Assembly: GCA_030324005.1 (NCBI GenBank)
Contig: JARDVH010000128.1
Span: forward strand, 7,907,563-7,971,562
Length of the DNA stretch: 64,000 nt
Direction: 5' to 3'
Origin: Negaprion brevirostris
Lineage: Eukaryota
Made by a program: the position numbers and the translations under genes
Shown: positions 39,069 through 51,056 of the stretch, one piece after another
Numbering within the stretch: the stretch's first letter is position 1
Layout: the number at the start of each line of letters is the position of its first letter
Notes under the pieces: generated by a model
What the model saw: only the letters and a program-made list of their open reading frames with translations
Told to the model about the DNA's origin: nothing
The model's database searches: none

Positions 39069-39690
39069 GACACTAATTCAAGGTCCTGTTCACACACTGC
39101 ACAAAGGCAGTTTATGCAGTTTTAGTTTTCCGTCATACAAGAAACATCGTCTGTCAGCGCAATGAACTTATCCCCAGACTGCGAGATGCAACAGTGCAGC
39201 AGTTCAGACGCCTTTTGCAATTCTGAGAGCACTTGTGAGTACTAAGCTTGAGGTTCTTGGAGAACTGTAAGCAATTCTACAAGCAGTTCTCGTGTCCTCT
39301 GCCAACTCGGAGAATAGCTGCATGCATTTCGTGATGATGTTTTTGCCGATGACCTTCAGGATCTTGCTGTGTTGCAGTACCTCCTGGGAAATGTCCAAGA
39401 GCAGGTTCTCAAATCCGTCACAGCGCAAAAGAAGTTGGAGTTCTCCAAGATCAAGTCTGCACTGCTGTCCCTAATGAAAACTCTGTGAATATACAACTTG
39501 ATGTTCTCCTTGCATTCAAAGGGAACTCATCTGGGAATCAACAGGAGCGCATGGAATCTGAGGTTGAATATACTTCACTGCAAAGTTGTCTTCCCAGTCA
39601 TGAGTGAGTCTGTTATAAATCCCATTATACTCCTCCTGCATAATGTAATTGGGATTGTGGCTACCGGAACTGATCATAGTAGTAAAGTCG
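39065..39690 (-). pseudogene. Processed pseudogene fragment of HSP90 (HSP90AB1-like middle domain)
   Basis: [76 protein letters not shown] and AFVQCV. No introns; multiple frameshifts and stops. Confidence 0.9.
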
Positions 39691-42299
39691 TCCCTGTCGC
39701 CCTTTCCGGTATAGATTTTCACAGTGCAAAACGCCGCCAGCTGGTGAATCCCAGGCATGTGCCTTGTGTTATAATCCCATAAGGATTCATAACTTTAAAC
39801 AATAGATTTGAATTCCAGTCGACCAACTGAAAGGGTTACACGACAAGATTTTGAGACTTCTACTGGAACAAATTCAACGCAGATTTGACTAAACACTACT
39901 TAGTAGGCAAATGACATTCTAAACTATCAGAAAGAGTGCCCCTCTTTAACTTAACGTGACTGAACTTACTAACAGCGAAACTCAGAAATTATCCTCCGAG
40001 GGATCTTCAATAAGGACCTCCATTTATTCCTCTGGATATGACCACGCAGGGGGACTTGGAGCCCCTGGCTCAGGTATGTGGCTATACAGTGCCCTGGCCA
40101 GTCTTGCCAGGGTGGAACTCTGTAGGAGTGGGGCCTGAAGGAGGCAGGTGTCTCTATTGTGGCTGGGAAGGTTCGGGTCAGGTCACCCTCACACCTGTAG
40201 GGATAGGGGAGTGACCCAAACATTAAGTGGTGATGGGGGTGTTGTCCATCTGGTGAAGGGTGCTCCATTTGTGCTATGTCCATGGAAAGGGTGGGGGATT
40301 TTTTTTTCAGCCAAAGAGGGGTTGAATTCCACCTGATTAGTGCTGCTATTGAGGAACGCACCATTTTTCCTGAAACAGCAGAGGACGTCCTTGTGCCAAT
40401 AGAAGCCAATGGGGACACTGGTTGGAGTGAGACAACTCTCAAAGAGAAACCCCAACTAGTGAAACTCTGTTGCTCTCAACATAAACTGGAGTTGCCCGAC
40501 AGACTGAGGTATTGACATTAAGGTCTTTACGTTCGAGCAACCTCAGAGACCACGTGATCTCATACGAGGTTTCAGCAAACCTCTGAAATCACGTGCCTCC
40601 CCGTTCTATGGGATGGCTGCATGCGTTATTTTGGAGCTGAAGATTGGGTTTTACAACTCCGAGCTAGTCCTTCCTTTCTGTGAATAAATAGTTAGGACTT
40701 CACCGGCTGCTACAGTACCAGAACTAGATGTGCACAGTAATAAAAATGAAAGGACTGAAGAGGACAGCAGCAGGATGGCAAAACAAGGCAAAGATCTGGA
40801 GCTGTGTGAGTAGATTAGTTTAAAAGCAATATTTATTGCATTTACTGGGATGAAATATTCTGATGTAGTGGATAACTTCCCTGCTCTGAGCCAAAGTCCC
40901 AGGACTTGATTGCCAAGGTTGGTGCATTATAACGCAGCCAACCTGGTTGAGTATCAACTTGTCAATCCTTCCATTCACCAATGTCAAGCATTCGGAGTGA
41001 GAGAAATTCCTGGTCAGCCATGTGATGGAAAGAGCCCCTAACGTCACTATTATTTATAGGTCTGCATTAAAGTGCGTGTCGATACAGCAACTCATTCTTT
41101 CGGGGGGCCAGTTGGCACAGTTGGCTGGAAGCTGGTGTGGATCCGAATGGTATCAACAACACGGGGTTCGATCCTCTTTCTGGTTGAGATACATTTAGGA
41201 CCTTTCTCCTTGCCCCGCCAATGGTAGAGATAGCAGCACTGTGAACCAGAATTGTGTTTGGCTAGAGAACTGAAGGTATGTTGGGAGCGGCAGCAATTTA
41301 CTTATTTAGCAGGGCCAGAGCCAAAGAAAACTACCGAGTCGGTTGGCTGCAAAGAGATAGATAGATGTGAAATGCCAGCAAGGGGTGAACATGCTCTGGG
41401 TTGGAAAGAGGAGTGAGACAACTGAGACTACAATGAATGAGCCAGCATATAGTGGAGGCAGAAGAGCTGTGGTTAGATTGGTGCTGCTTTCAAAGCAGCT
41501 GACATTGGAGAAGGAAAGTAACATTGAACTATTCTGGAAGGGATTAGGAAGTCTGCAAAAGACATGAGCGAGCTAAATATATTCAATTTAAAAAAGTTAA
41601 TTGAAATAGGACAAATATTACACAATAATTGGATGAAAAACAAAATGACGATAGAGCTGGTGGTGATATCAAAAGTTAATTCAGAAGGCAAGCAACCTGT
41701 AATCATGTCATAATAGGTTAGGAAATTCACCGGATTATTTTTAAATTTTGTTTAAACATTTGTTTTGGACTTGAAAATTTTAGTCACTGAAAAAATCGGG
41801 AGTGAGAAGAATTCTGAATGCATTTTGAGAAACGTGTGGAAAGCATGTTGCCAAACTGTAGAATTGCCTTTACCGAGAAATGGCAGTGTTGTTGATGTGA
41901 AGGTGACCACTTCAGTAGATTTCCATGCGGTTGATTTTTCCAAGCCACCATTTGGGTTATTTTCTAAATAAATCAGTCAACTGTGAATATACTGTAGTGA
42001 AAGCAAAAAAATGACAAGTTTTGGAAAGAAAAATCTTCACAGATTGCAAATCTGCTGAACATCTTCAGCTTTTTTTGGCCACACACCATATTTTGCTTGT
42101 GCATGTATATTGTGTCCTGTGCAAGTTAAATTCTTCAAATTTCATTTGGTTTTGCTTTTTTATGTCTCACAATAAAAGCTGAGAAGTCATCATCAGAATA
42201 AGTTAATCTTAACTTTTTATTTTGTTAATCAGTACATATTTTCATGAGTATATATTTTTGTTTTAGTATAAAAATGCATCTTTTTGTCATTATATACAG

Positions 42300-42422
42300 T
42301 TGCTTGCATCAGGCAGCGCAAGAAACGGAATAAGAACAAGTCTGCTTTCCTGCAAAATAGCTGATCCTGAGGAGGCCAGTCAGACTTTATCCACCATAGC
42401 AANNNNNNNNNNNNNNTGCTAA
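42300..42422 (+). CDS. MEIOB: MEIOB last coding exon (stop in or just after a 14-N gap)
   Basis: atacag|TTG. LLASGSARNGIRTSLLSCKIADPEEASQTLSTIA matches recalled ..SVLSCKLADPTEAS. In-frame TAA at 42420-42422 if the gap length is exact. Confidence 0.9.
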   Translation: MLASGSARNGIRTSLLSCKIADPEEASQTLSTIAXXXXXC

Positions 42423-42609
42423 ATATGTTCACGATGCTCAAGTGTTCAAATAAGTTGCCGCCAAGGAAGATTAGCCTACAAGATATTGACCAGAAGTTCT
42501 GTTGTCAATACATATGGACTAATTAGTATCTTAAGTAATTTGTTTCCATTAATTTGTTTTTGAAGAAACTTATCAAACATCACAAAAGCAAAAAAAAAAT
42601 TGTTTACAT

Positions 42610-42615
42610 AATAAA
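42610..42615 (+). terminator. Candidate MEIOB polyadenylation signal AATAAA
   Basis: First AATAAA ~190 nt after the stop region. Confidence 0.45.
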
Positions 42616-45611
42616 AGCTTTTCAAGTCAATTTACAGTAAATGTATAACATGAAAACTGCAGCCAAGGCCAAAAATATCTTGTTTACATATTCTGAAATT
42701 TACCGTCATACTTCCCAAATTTACTTTATTTCTCCTGGACTCTATAATTTTCTTGAGCTATTCGGACTCCAGTTCAAAATGTTATTATTCTTAAATGTAC
42801 AGCCTTTACTCGGCTCTTGTTGATCCTCACTGATGTATTCTACTTCCCTGCGCTCGCTGTTCACTTCTAACAATTGAGGGCAATTATTGTAAACTTCTGT
42901 GATGTCAGTCAAGCTGCATCATGATGTCACAATATCTGTTGTTATCTTTTAAAAACTATGGAATTTGTCAGTTTATATTTTAACTGATGAAACAGTGATC
43001 CCATGTTTTCACCAGGTAGGTAAAAACAACCCTGTTATTCAATTTGCTAGTCTCTTTCAATTTGTACCAAATATTGCTGTTCATGTGGTTTGAAAGCTTC
43101 TTTTTCTTGGGCGTGATCTTATGACTTCATTCCGCTTGATTTTGGGCGAGGTGGGAAGATCGGGCGGGAAGTAAAAAAAAAAAGACACGCCCAGTTTCTT
43201 GCCTCTCCTAATCATACTCGTCCTGGTTTCCCGGTGAAATCGGCTCACTTACCTTAACCTCGCTAGGTGGAATCATATATGGTCGCCGTCAGCAGAGACC
43301 AGGCTTGATGTCCTCACTGGGGAGATCGGAGGCTACTGAAGCACCCAGGTGTCAGAGGCAGTGCCAGCCTAGCACTGTCCACCGGGTACCATAACATGCT
43401 GTTGNNNNNNNNNNNNNNNNNNNNNNNNNNNNNNNNNNNNNNNNNNNNNNNNNNNNNNNNNNNNNNNNNNNNNNNNNNNNNNNNNNNNNNNNNNNNNNNN
43501 NNNNNNNNNNNNNNNNNNNNNNNNNNNNAAGCGAAGTGCCAGCATACTGGGAGATCTGGGCATGTGCATAACAGCAGACTCTAAGCTCAGCCCCCAAAAA
43601 AACAAACACTAAACTCTCCCGTTTTCTTGTTTGGCACTTCACTTTATGTTTTAATAATATGGATATATAGGCTTTACCATTTAAAACTTTCGGATGTTCT
43701 CAGCACTGCATGTCTTAATACCATGTAATTACTACTTTTGCATTGCTTTGAAGTGATTTTGAATGGTCTTAATATGACAATTAAATGTAACTCAAAAGTT
43801 AGGCACTAACACAAGAGGTGTGCCACTACCTGTAGAAAATTAACTTTTTTGATTTCACTGCAAACCCAAGTCTCAACTGTTCTGCTGATCCTAAAATGTA
43901 ACTCTCCTCTGAATGGTGCAGATCTTTTTTGACTTTGGGCACAGTACAACATTGAGCTGGCATCCTAACACAGTTCACAGTGCGTTTGTGCTTGGTGTAC
44001 AGTCACTGCTGTGGGCCTGATAACTCTAAATTATAATAAAAATAATAAACACCAACTCATTTAGAGATTTTAAATGTTCATCATCATTGACGCAACGATG
44101 ATGACTAAAAAAAGCTCTATTGTCAGAAACAGTTTTTTGTAACTATCCATTGCTATTTGTACAGTTTTGGAAAGCATTAGATACACCTGCTATTGCTAAC
44201 TTAATTCCAATTTCTGGAAGGGAAAAAAAATTAAAAATGAATGGTGTATTTGTTTCTTTGCATTCAACATTATTTACTGTGGTGGATAATCTTCCCAATA
44301 TCCAGTTCCTAATTTAAAGTTTGAAAAATGTATGTTGTCCTTCACACCATTTCATGTATTTTGCCCTGTTAATTCCAGTTCATAAAGATAGTTTGAAACG
44401 TTGTCATACAGAACAACTATAAGACCGTTAACGGTGTAGAGCTTTGCTTTTTTTGCAAGTACTGCCCTTTTTTCTATTGATTGAAGAAGTTTTGTATAGA
44501 TTTCAGTTAATATAAAATTCTAAAATGCCACCTTGCTTTACTTTTGATTCAGAATATCTAATTTGATAAGACTGTACTATTGACTCAATTCCNNNNNNNN
44601 NNATGTTTTAATAGAGCAGGCATCTTAGCTGCTTAATTCCTGCCCTGATGTGGCCAACTGCAACCTTAAAATTGCAGGAAGCAAGGATATCCAGCACACC
44701 GATAGGGTCCACTTTAAATACGTAGGTCAGGCTTTCATTACCTCATTGGAAGCCGACAGCTCTTAAAACCTGAGTCCTGAGACATCAAACTCTCCACCTC
44801 CCAGCAGACCTGCCAGGAATAGCACCCGAAGGAGATCCAGTAATTATTTTTAAGAACTTCAAATTTCTTTCAGGATCCATAGAGGAACGTAAGACTTTCT
44901 CTGACCCAGGGTTACGATCTGGACTTCTGATCAACTTTCACCACCTCCTCTGTTGCCCTTTAAATGACAGGCAAACATCTCTCTGTCTTCCCAACCCATT
45001 TTGGTTGGCAAGCTACATGTAAATGAGTTTTAGCCATTCACACCCAGATCTGAGTTTTATATTTAGGAGTATGCCAGCAGTGCCCAAAATCTAACTATAC
45101 AATAGCGACTTAAACTTGTTTTTCATCTGGTTACAATCATGATCTTATTGAATGATGGAGCAGGCTCAAGGGTCTGAGTGGCCTACTCTATGTACGTACT
45201 GTTACTTGAGCTTCTCTTTCAAAAAGCAGGCAGAAACATTCAACTTGTTCTCGGCTTTGCCTTTCTCTTAATTTCTAACTACACGCTGAACCCCTGAGCT
45301 TAACTGGGATATTTGGCTACTGTTCTCATGTTGACTATTCTGGTTAATGGACTTAGGATAAGAGAACTTTCTCTCATTCTACCAGTTATGAATTCCACAA
45401 ATTGCCTTAAGGTGCAGCCCTTCAAAAATAACCCTTCCAATCATTTCCACGAAGAAACAAAATTATGAAAACTCCTGAAACATTATACCAATAATTCAGA
45501 TGATTTGATGGTCACGCAAAATATTAAAGGAAGATCAGAAGTTGTCTCTAAGATAGCGTTGTCACTAAAATTTTAGTACCGTCGTGGACATATGAAATTA
45601 TCAAACTACCC

Positions 45612-45870
45612 AGGAATCCGGGTTTAATTCCTGGCTTGGGTCACTTGTATGGAATTTACACTTTCTCCCTGTGTCTGTGGATTTCCTCTGGGTGCTCCGG
45701 TTTCTCGCCACGGTCCAAAAGACATGCTGGTTAGGTGCAGTGGCCTTGCTAAATTCTCCCTTAATGTATCCAAACAGGCGTCGCTGGAGTGTGGTGACCA
45801 GGGGATTTTCACAGTGACTTCATCGCAGTGTTAACGTAAGTCTACTTGTGACACTAATAAATAAACTTTA
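45612..45870 (+). mobile_element. HE1-type SINE, tail B, 5' truncated
   Basis: gggtgctccggtttc..gtgtggtgaccaggggattttcacagtgacttcatcgcagtgttaacgtaagtctacttgtgacactaataaataaactt. Confidence 0.85.
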
Positions 45871-46079
45871 ACCTATATTTGAATTCTGAATAACATTTTG
45901 CATATACAATTTTTAACAGAATTTCTACATGAGTTAGGAGTAGAAAGATTTTGATCTATTTGACATTGAAATGAACTGGTTGTTACAGGTTTATTGCAAT
46001 GATAATATTGAGACCAGTTTGAGATTTAGGAAATGTTATACTTTATGTAACAGCTCCCAGGATATCTCAGAAGTGTGCA

Positions 46080-47125
46080 GATGAGGGCATTGCAGTTGAT
46101 CTAATCTACATGGACTTCAGTAAGGCTTTTGACCAGGGATCCAGGGCAATTTGGCACATTGGATCCAAAATTGGCTTTGGCAAGAGGCAAAAGGTAGCGG
46201 TCGACGTTNNNNNNNNNNNNNNNNNNNNNNNNNNNNNNNNNNNNNNNNNNNNNNNNNNNNNNNNNNNNNNNNNNNNNNNNNNNNNNNNNNNNNNNNNNNN
46301 NNNNNNNNNNNNNNNNNNNNNNNNNNNNNNNNNNNNNNNNNNNNNNNNNNNNNNNNNNNNNNNNNNNNNNNNNNNNNNNNNNNNNNNNNNNNNNNNNNNN
46401 NNNNNNNNNNNNNNNNNNNNNNNNNNNNNNNNNNNNNNNNNNNNNNNNNNNNNNNNNNNNNNNNNNNNNNNNNNNNNNNNNNNNNNNNNNNNNNNNNNNN
46501 NNNNNNNNNNNNNNNNNNNNNNNNNNNNNNNNNNNNNNNNNNNNNNNNNNNNNNNNNNNNNNNNNNNNNNNNNNNNNNNNNNNNNNNNNNNNNNNNNNNN
46601 NNNNNNNNNNNNNNNNNNNNNNNNNNNNNNNNNNNNNNNNNNNNNNNNNNNNNNNNNNNNNNNNNNNNNNNNNNNNNNNNNNNNNNNNNNNNNNNNNNNN
46701 NNNNNNNNNNNNNNNNNNNNNNNNNNNNNNNNNNTCTTATTGAATGGCGGGGCAGGCTCGAAGGGCTACATGGCCTACTCCTGCTCCTATTTCTTATGTT
46801 CTTATTATGAAGTGTACAAAATTCAGAGGGACACAGATAGGAAGGAAGTTTCCTCTTAGCAGATTAATAATTACTGATTTCCGGTAAGAAGCAGGATATT
46901 TAGAGGTGATTTGAGGACAAACATTTTTATGCAGAGTGGTGGGAATCTGGAACTTGTTGCCTGGAAGAGTGATAGAGGCAGGAACCTTCACATATTTCAA
47001 GAAGCATTTTGGTGAGCAAACATGGTTCTAGACCAAGTGCTGCAAAAAGGGATTAGATTGGCTAGGTGCGTGATGGCCAGCATAGACCCGTTGGGCTGAA
47101 GGGCCTTTAAGCTGTAAAACTCCAT
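46080..47125 (+). mobile_element. CR1 LINE fragments spanning an N gap
   Basis: VDLIYMDFSKAFD, WIQNWL and CR1 3' tails (gggctacatggcctactcctgctcc; gggctgaagggcct). Confidence 0.75.
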
Positions 47126-47352
47126 GACTGACACTGAATTGCTTTGAAGTACTGTTACCGTGCAAATAAAATGCAGCAGCCATTTTGCACACCGCAATCT
47201 GCAATACGAATATCAGTTTGGGATGGCAGTGTTGCGACTGTTGTAATACAGGAAATAATACTAAATCACCATTTAAACAAAAAAAATCAGAAGTGTGTTT
47301 GTACCAAGAGGTTGAAAAGCAGCTATTGCATTTTTTTTTAAATCGTCAATAC

Positions 47353-47358
47353 TTTATT
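47353..47358 (-). terminator. Candidate FAHD1 polyadenylation signal (AATAAA on minus strand)
   Basis: tttatt ~205 nt downstream of the FAHD1 stop. Confidence 0.45.
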
Positions 47359-47562
47359 TTGGCAGTAAAAGCGGTATAATTCTTTAGTGTGTCAGCAGTT
47401 TGGTTTTCAATATGCCAGTCTGATGCAGCATTAATAATGTCATTACTCAGACCACGAATGGCTGTTCTCCCGATTGAATGCAGAGTGTTGAATCATTGAC
47501 ACACTTCAGTGCTGCTGTTGTACTGAAAAACTGCGGTATAAGCAATTACATTTTCAACAACA

Positions 47563-48201
47563 TTAATCTGTTTTCACTTTGAACTTCATGGTGACCACGT
47601 CGTCAATACCAGCTTGCAGCTCATCGTGTTCCTGTACATCAGACACTCCTGCAGGCGTTCCGGTGAGAATCAGGTCCCCTGCTTCCAGCCGGATAATGCC
47701 ACTGATGTAGCTGATGAGATAGGGGATGGGGAATATCATGTGTGATGTGTGCCCTTGCTGCCTGAGCTGCCCATTGACCTTGAGCCAGAGAGTCAGGCTG
47801 TGCGGGTCGGGGAGCCTGTCCTTTGGGATGAAGTCGCTGACCGGGCACGAACAGTCGAAGGCTTTGGCCAGGGTCCAGGGATGCCCTTTCTTCTTGCACT
47901 CTTCCTGGGTGTCCCGGGCCGTCATGTCCAGGCACAGTGCATACCCTCCCAGGTGGTCCATTGCTTCCTCCTGCGGGATGCAGCTACCGCTCTTGGCCAG
48001 CACCAAGCCCAGCTCCANNNNNNNNNNNNNNNNNNNNNNNNNNNNNNNNNNNNNNNNNNNNNNNNNNNNNNNNNNNNNNNNNNNNNNNNNNNNNNNNNNN
48101 NNNNNNNNNNNNNNNNNNNNNNNNNNNNNNNNNNNNNNNNNNNNNNNNNNNNNNNNNNNNNNNNNNNNNNNNNNNNNNNNNNNNNNNNNNNNNNNNNNNN
48201 N
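47563..48201 (-). CDS. FAHD1: FAHD1, fumarylacetoacetate hydrolase domain-containing 1 (oxaloacetate decarboxylase/acylpyruvase); N-terminus hidden in N gap 48018-48201
   Basis: ELGLVLAK..GGYALCLDMTARDTQEECKKKGHPWTLAKAFDCSCPVS..LWLKVNGQLRQ..MIFPIPYLISYIS..GDLILTGTPAGV..MKFKVKTD*. Intronless where visible, as in mammals. Confidence 0.95.
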   Translation of the reverse strand, partial: XXXXXXXXXXXXXXXXXXXXXXXXXXXXXXXXXXXXXXXXXXXXXXXXXXXXXXXXXXXXXXELGLVLAKSGSCIPQEEAMDHLGGYALCLDMTARDTQEECKKKGHPWTLAKAFDCSCPVSDFIPKDRLPDPHSLTLWLKVNGQLRQQGHTSHMIFPIPYLISYISGIIRLEAGDLILTGTPAGVSDVQEHDELQAGIDDVVTMKFKVKTD

Positions 48202-48419
48202 ACATCATTGGACCTCCCCCCCCCCCCCGCCGCCCTTGTGAAATCGCACCTTCACCCCGTGCCCCTTTTAATTTTCTTTGCAAATGCTAACTTGTGCTCC
48301 GCCCAAGGGTTATGATGAAAAGTTGCAATTGGTTGCGATTACCCAATGACGGACTAGTTGAGGGTTGGAGGTGAAAGGCTGTGTGTAGAACCTCCCAGTG
48401 CTGATCCCCAGCCCTGACT
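48202..48419. promoter_or_regulatory. Bidirectional FAHD1/HAGH promoter region
   Basis: Lies between the divergent genes. CCAAT boxes in both orientations (attgg 48207 and 48328, ccaat 48343) and GC boxes (ccccgccgccc ~48225, ctccgccc ~48297). Confidence 0.7.
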
Positions 48420-48489
48420 ATGTTGGTGAAGCTGCACCGACTCGGCAGTGTGAGTACGACTGTGCTGACAGCTGCTGCTCGGAAGCTCG
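48420..48489 (+). CDS. HAGH: HAGH exon 1 (mitochondrial presequence)
   Basis: ATG..MLVKLHRLGSVSTTVLTAAARKL G|gtaggc. Basic and hydroxylated residues, no acidic ones. The phase-1 donor joins exon 2 in frame. Confidence 0.82.
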
Positions 48490-49021
48490 GTAGGCTCCCC
48501 GTTCCTTCCCCTCTCCCTCTCCCTGACTGACACATAACCTTCCCCAACCAGCTTAGTTACAGCTGCATTTGTCATTCCAGCTACTGTCATGCCAAATGCA
48601 ACAACAGCTCCTCGATAAACACATTTAGGTGTTTCCTCTTGGCGCAAACATTTCTACCATTAGAAGCCTTTGTAGTGTGTTTTAAAAGGTGTATGAGCTA
48701 TTTAAAAGCAAATCATGTCGTTCATAGCTGTGTCAAGTTTAACTTTTCCTGTACCTAAATATTTCGCATGTTGTAATTTTATCTCCTCTAATCCAGAAGC
48801 CATTCTAGCTAGTTAAGTTAAACTGGTTAAAATCCACACACGGTTCAGTCGCTGCCTGTGTTTTGAGAGATGTCTCTCTTGTGGGCCCTCCACTTAACAC
48901 AGAACCCGAACTTGCTGACGTTCACAAGTATTGACAGGGGATTAATAGTGTATCAGGCCCTGGCAAATTTGTTGTTTTGGGGAGATGTTCAAACAAAATT
49001 CTGGATTTTTTTTAAAAAAGA

Positions 49022-49456
49022 GGGCGGCACCGTAATACAAAGCTTCACAGCTCCAGGAACCTGGGTTCGATTCCTGGCTCGGGTCACTGTCTGCGTGGAG
49101 TTTGCACATTCTCCTCGTGTCTGCCTGGGTTCTCTCTGGGTACTCTGGTTTCCTCCCACAGTCCAAAGATGTGTGGGTTAGGNNNNNNNNNNNNNNNNNN
49201 NNNNNNNNNNNNNNNNNNNNNNNNNNNNNNNNNNNNNNNNNNNNNNNNNNNNNNNNNNNNNNNNNNNNNNNNNNNNNNNNNNGGGTTAGGTTGATTGGCC
49301 ATGCTAAAATTGCCCCTTGGTGTCCTGAGATATGTAGGTTAGAGGGATTAGTGGGTAAACTATGTAGGGATATGGGAGAAGGGCCTATGTGGGATTGTGG
49401 TCAGTGAAGACTTGATGGGCCAAATGGCTTCATTCTGCAGTGTAGGGTTTCTATGA
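49022..49456 (+). mobile_element. HE1-type SINE, tail A
   Basis: gggcggcac..gggttcgattcc..ttgatgggccaaatggcttcattctgcagtgtagggtttctatg. Confidence 0.85.
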
Positions 49457-50134
49457 ATTACTTAGAGCTGTGTTTAAGATACGAGCCCCTGTTTCCAGTT
49501 CAGGGAAATAAGTAAATATCTGTTTTAGAAATGTTGAGGCTGGCTTGTCAGTGACAACTAGTGGCTAAAGCAATACAAAACAGAGGGTGACAATAAAACC
49601 TGTTCTCCTGAATATCCCAGTGGCACCCATAGGGCAACATTGGATGGACAATGGGGACTCTCATTATCTTGGTTACAAATAATCATTTCCAAAGGATAAA
49701 AACTGCAGTGCAGTGTGATTTTTTTTTTTAAAAAGGTGAAGGGCTATTTAAACAAACTGATAAATTGCTCATTACGTTTCTCTTTGATAGGCCAATATTT
49801 TAGTGATTGGTGTGTTACGTTTTTTAAATGTAAAGTGCTCCTAAGTAAATCAGTTTCATATTACAACATGCGATGTTTTCCATATTAAACATCTTGTACA
49901 GGTATAACTATTCCAATTCCAATACAGGTATAACTATTCCAATTCTTATTCAGACATTTATAATCGTGTACAGTTGTTTTATAAAGCTACAAGTCCCTTT
50001 CAATGTCAAGCTTCCTTTACTCCAGTTGGTTATGACTGATATCAATCAGGGCGACGGAGCCTTTTCCAAATTCGACGTGAAGTGCAAAGAACTCGTCGAG
50101 ATGGCCGTACAAAACAAGGCCCTATAGCCGTAAC

Positions 50135-50429
50135 GCAGTGGCACAGTTGTTAGCAGTGCTGCCTCACAGCGCCAGGGACTTGGGTTCGATTCTTGGCTTG
50201 GGTCACTGTCTGCGGAGTCTGCGCTTTGTCCACGTGTCTATTTGGGTTTCTACCAAGTGCTCCAGATTCCTCCCACGCTGCAAAAGACGTGCTGGTTAGG
50301 CACATTGGCCGTGCTAAATTCTCCCTCGGTGAAAACCAAATGGGCATTGGAGTGTCATGACTAGGGGATTTTCACAGTAACTTCATTGTGGTGCTAATGT
50401 AAGGCTACTTGTAACAATAAATAAACTTT
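50135..50429 (+). mobile_element. HE1-type SINE, tail B
   Basis: gtggcacagttgttagcagtgctgcctcacagcgccaggg..gactaggggattttcacagtaacttcattg..aataaataaactt. Confidence 0.87.
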
Positions 50430-51056
50430 AAAACTGTAATGGTTCACTGTTCAACTGAAACTTTATTCAAATTGAACTGGCTTAAAAATGTATCACGATA
50501 CAGTTGGAAACGGAGAGGTAATTCTTGCCGAAATTAAAGAACACGGCTTCCTTGATTACAGAATATCCACTTTCAAAATAAATTATGTTGGGACCAGCGT
50601 GATCTACGGTTGGATAATACAACTGACCTCAGCACCCTGGGCTTGGGAAGGTTAAATTGGCTGTGACGATTATAAAAACATCTGCGCTAGAAGTGCATTT
50701 TGTGTCAATTGAATTAAGACAGAAATGAAATATAAATGAGCACCGAGAGAATATTTGCTTACATGAGGTAGGGAAGGACTAATTGCATATATAGAAATTA
50801 TCATAGCAAGATGAAACATCCAGGATAGGAGAACAGAAAGTTGGGAACAGGAGGAGGAGGATAAAGACTTGAACAAATTCTCATGGTTTTGGGTGTTGCA
50901 TGGCATTCTTTGATTCTAAAATTAGAGACCCTTTACAAAACTGAGAACAATTCTTCCACTTTGATCAGTTAAGATTTGTTGTTTTCAATGTTAATTCAGG
51001 AATCATATCCAACATAAATTTTCATATGTCTGTTTATTGACATTATCTGTCTGCAG

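Noticed and set aside
46110-46859. Long ORFs (249 and 219 aa) and similar ORFs spanning N runs
   Set aside because: Their length is an artefact of translating Ns; the real sequence is CR1 debris.
48203-48208. ATGATG on the minus strand as the FAHD1 start
   Set aside because: Out of frame at the stated gap length, too close for the missing N-terminus, and adjacent to a CCAAT box; cannot be supported.
47726-48315. Plus-strand ORFs overlapping FAHD1
   Set aside because: Antisense shadows of a GC-rich CDS extended through the gap.
49873-50127. 84-aa ORF with CpG-rich end in HAGH intron 1
   Set aside because: No recognisable homology or convincing splice context, and it is partly made by a tandem duplication.
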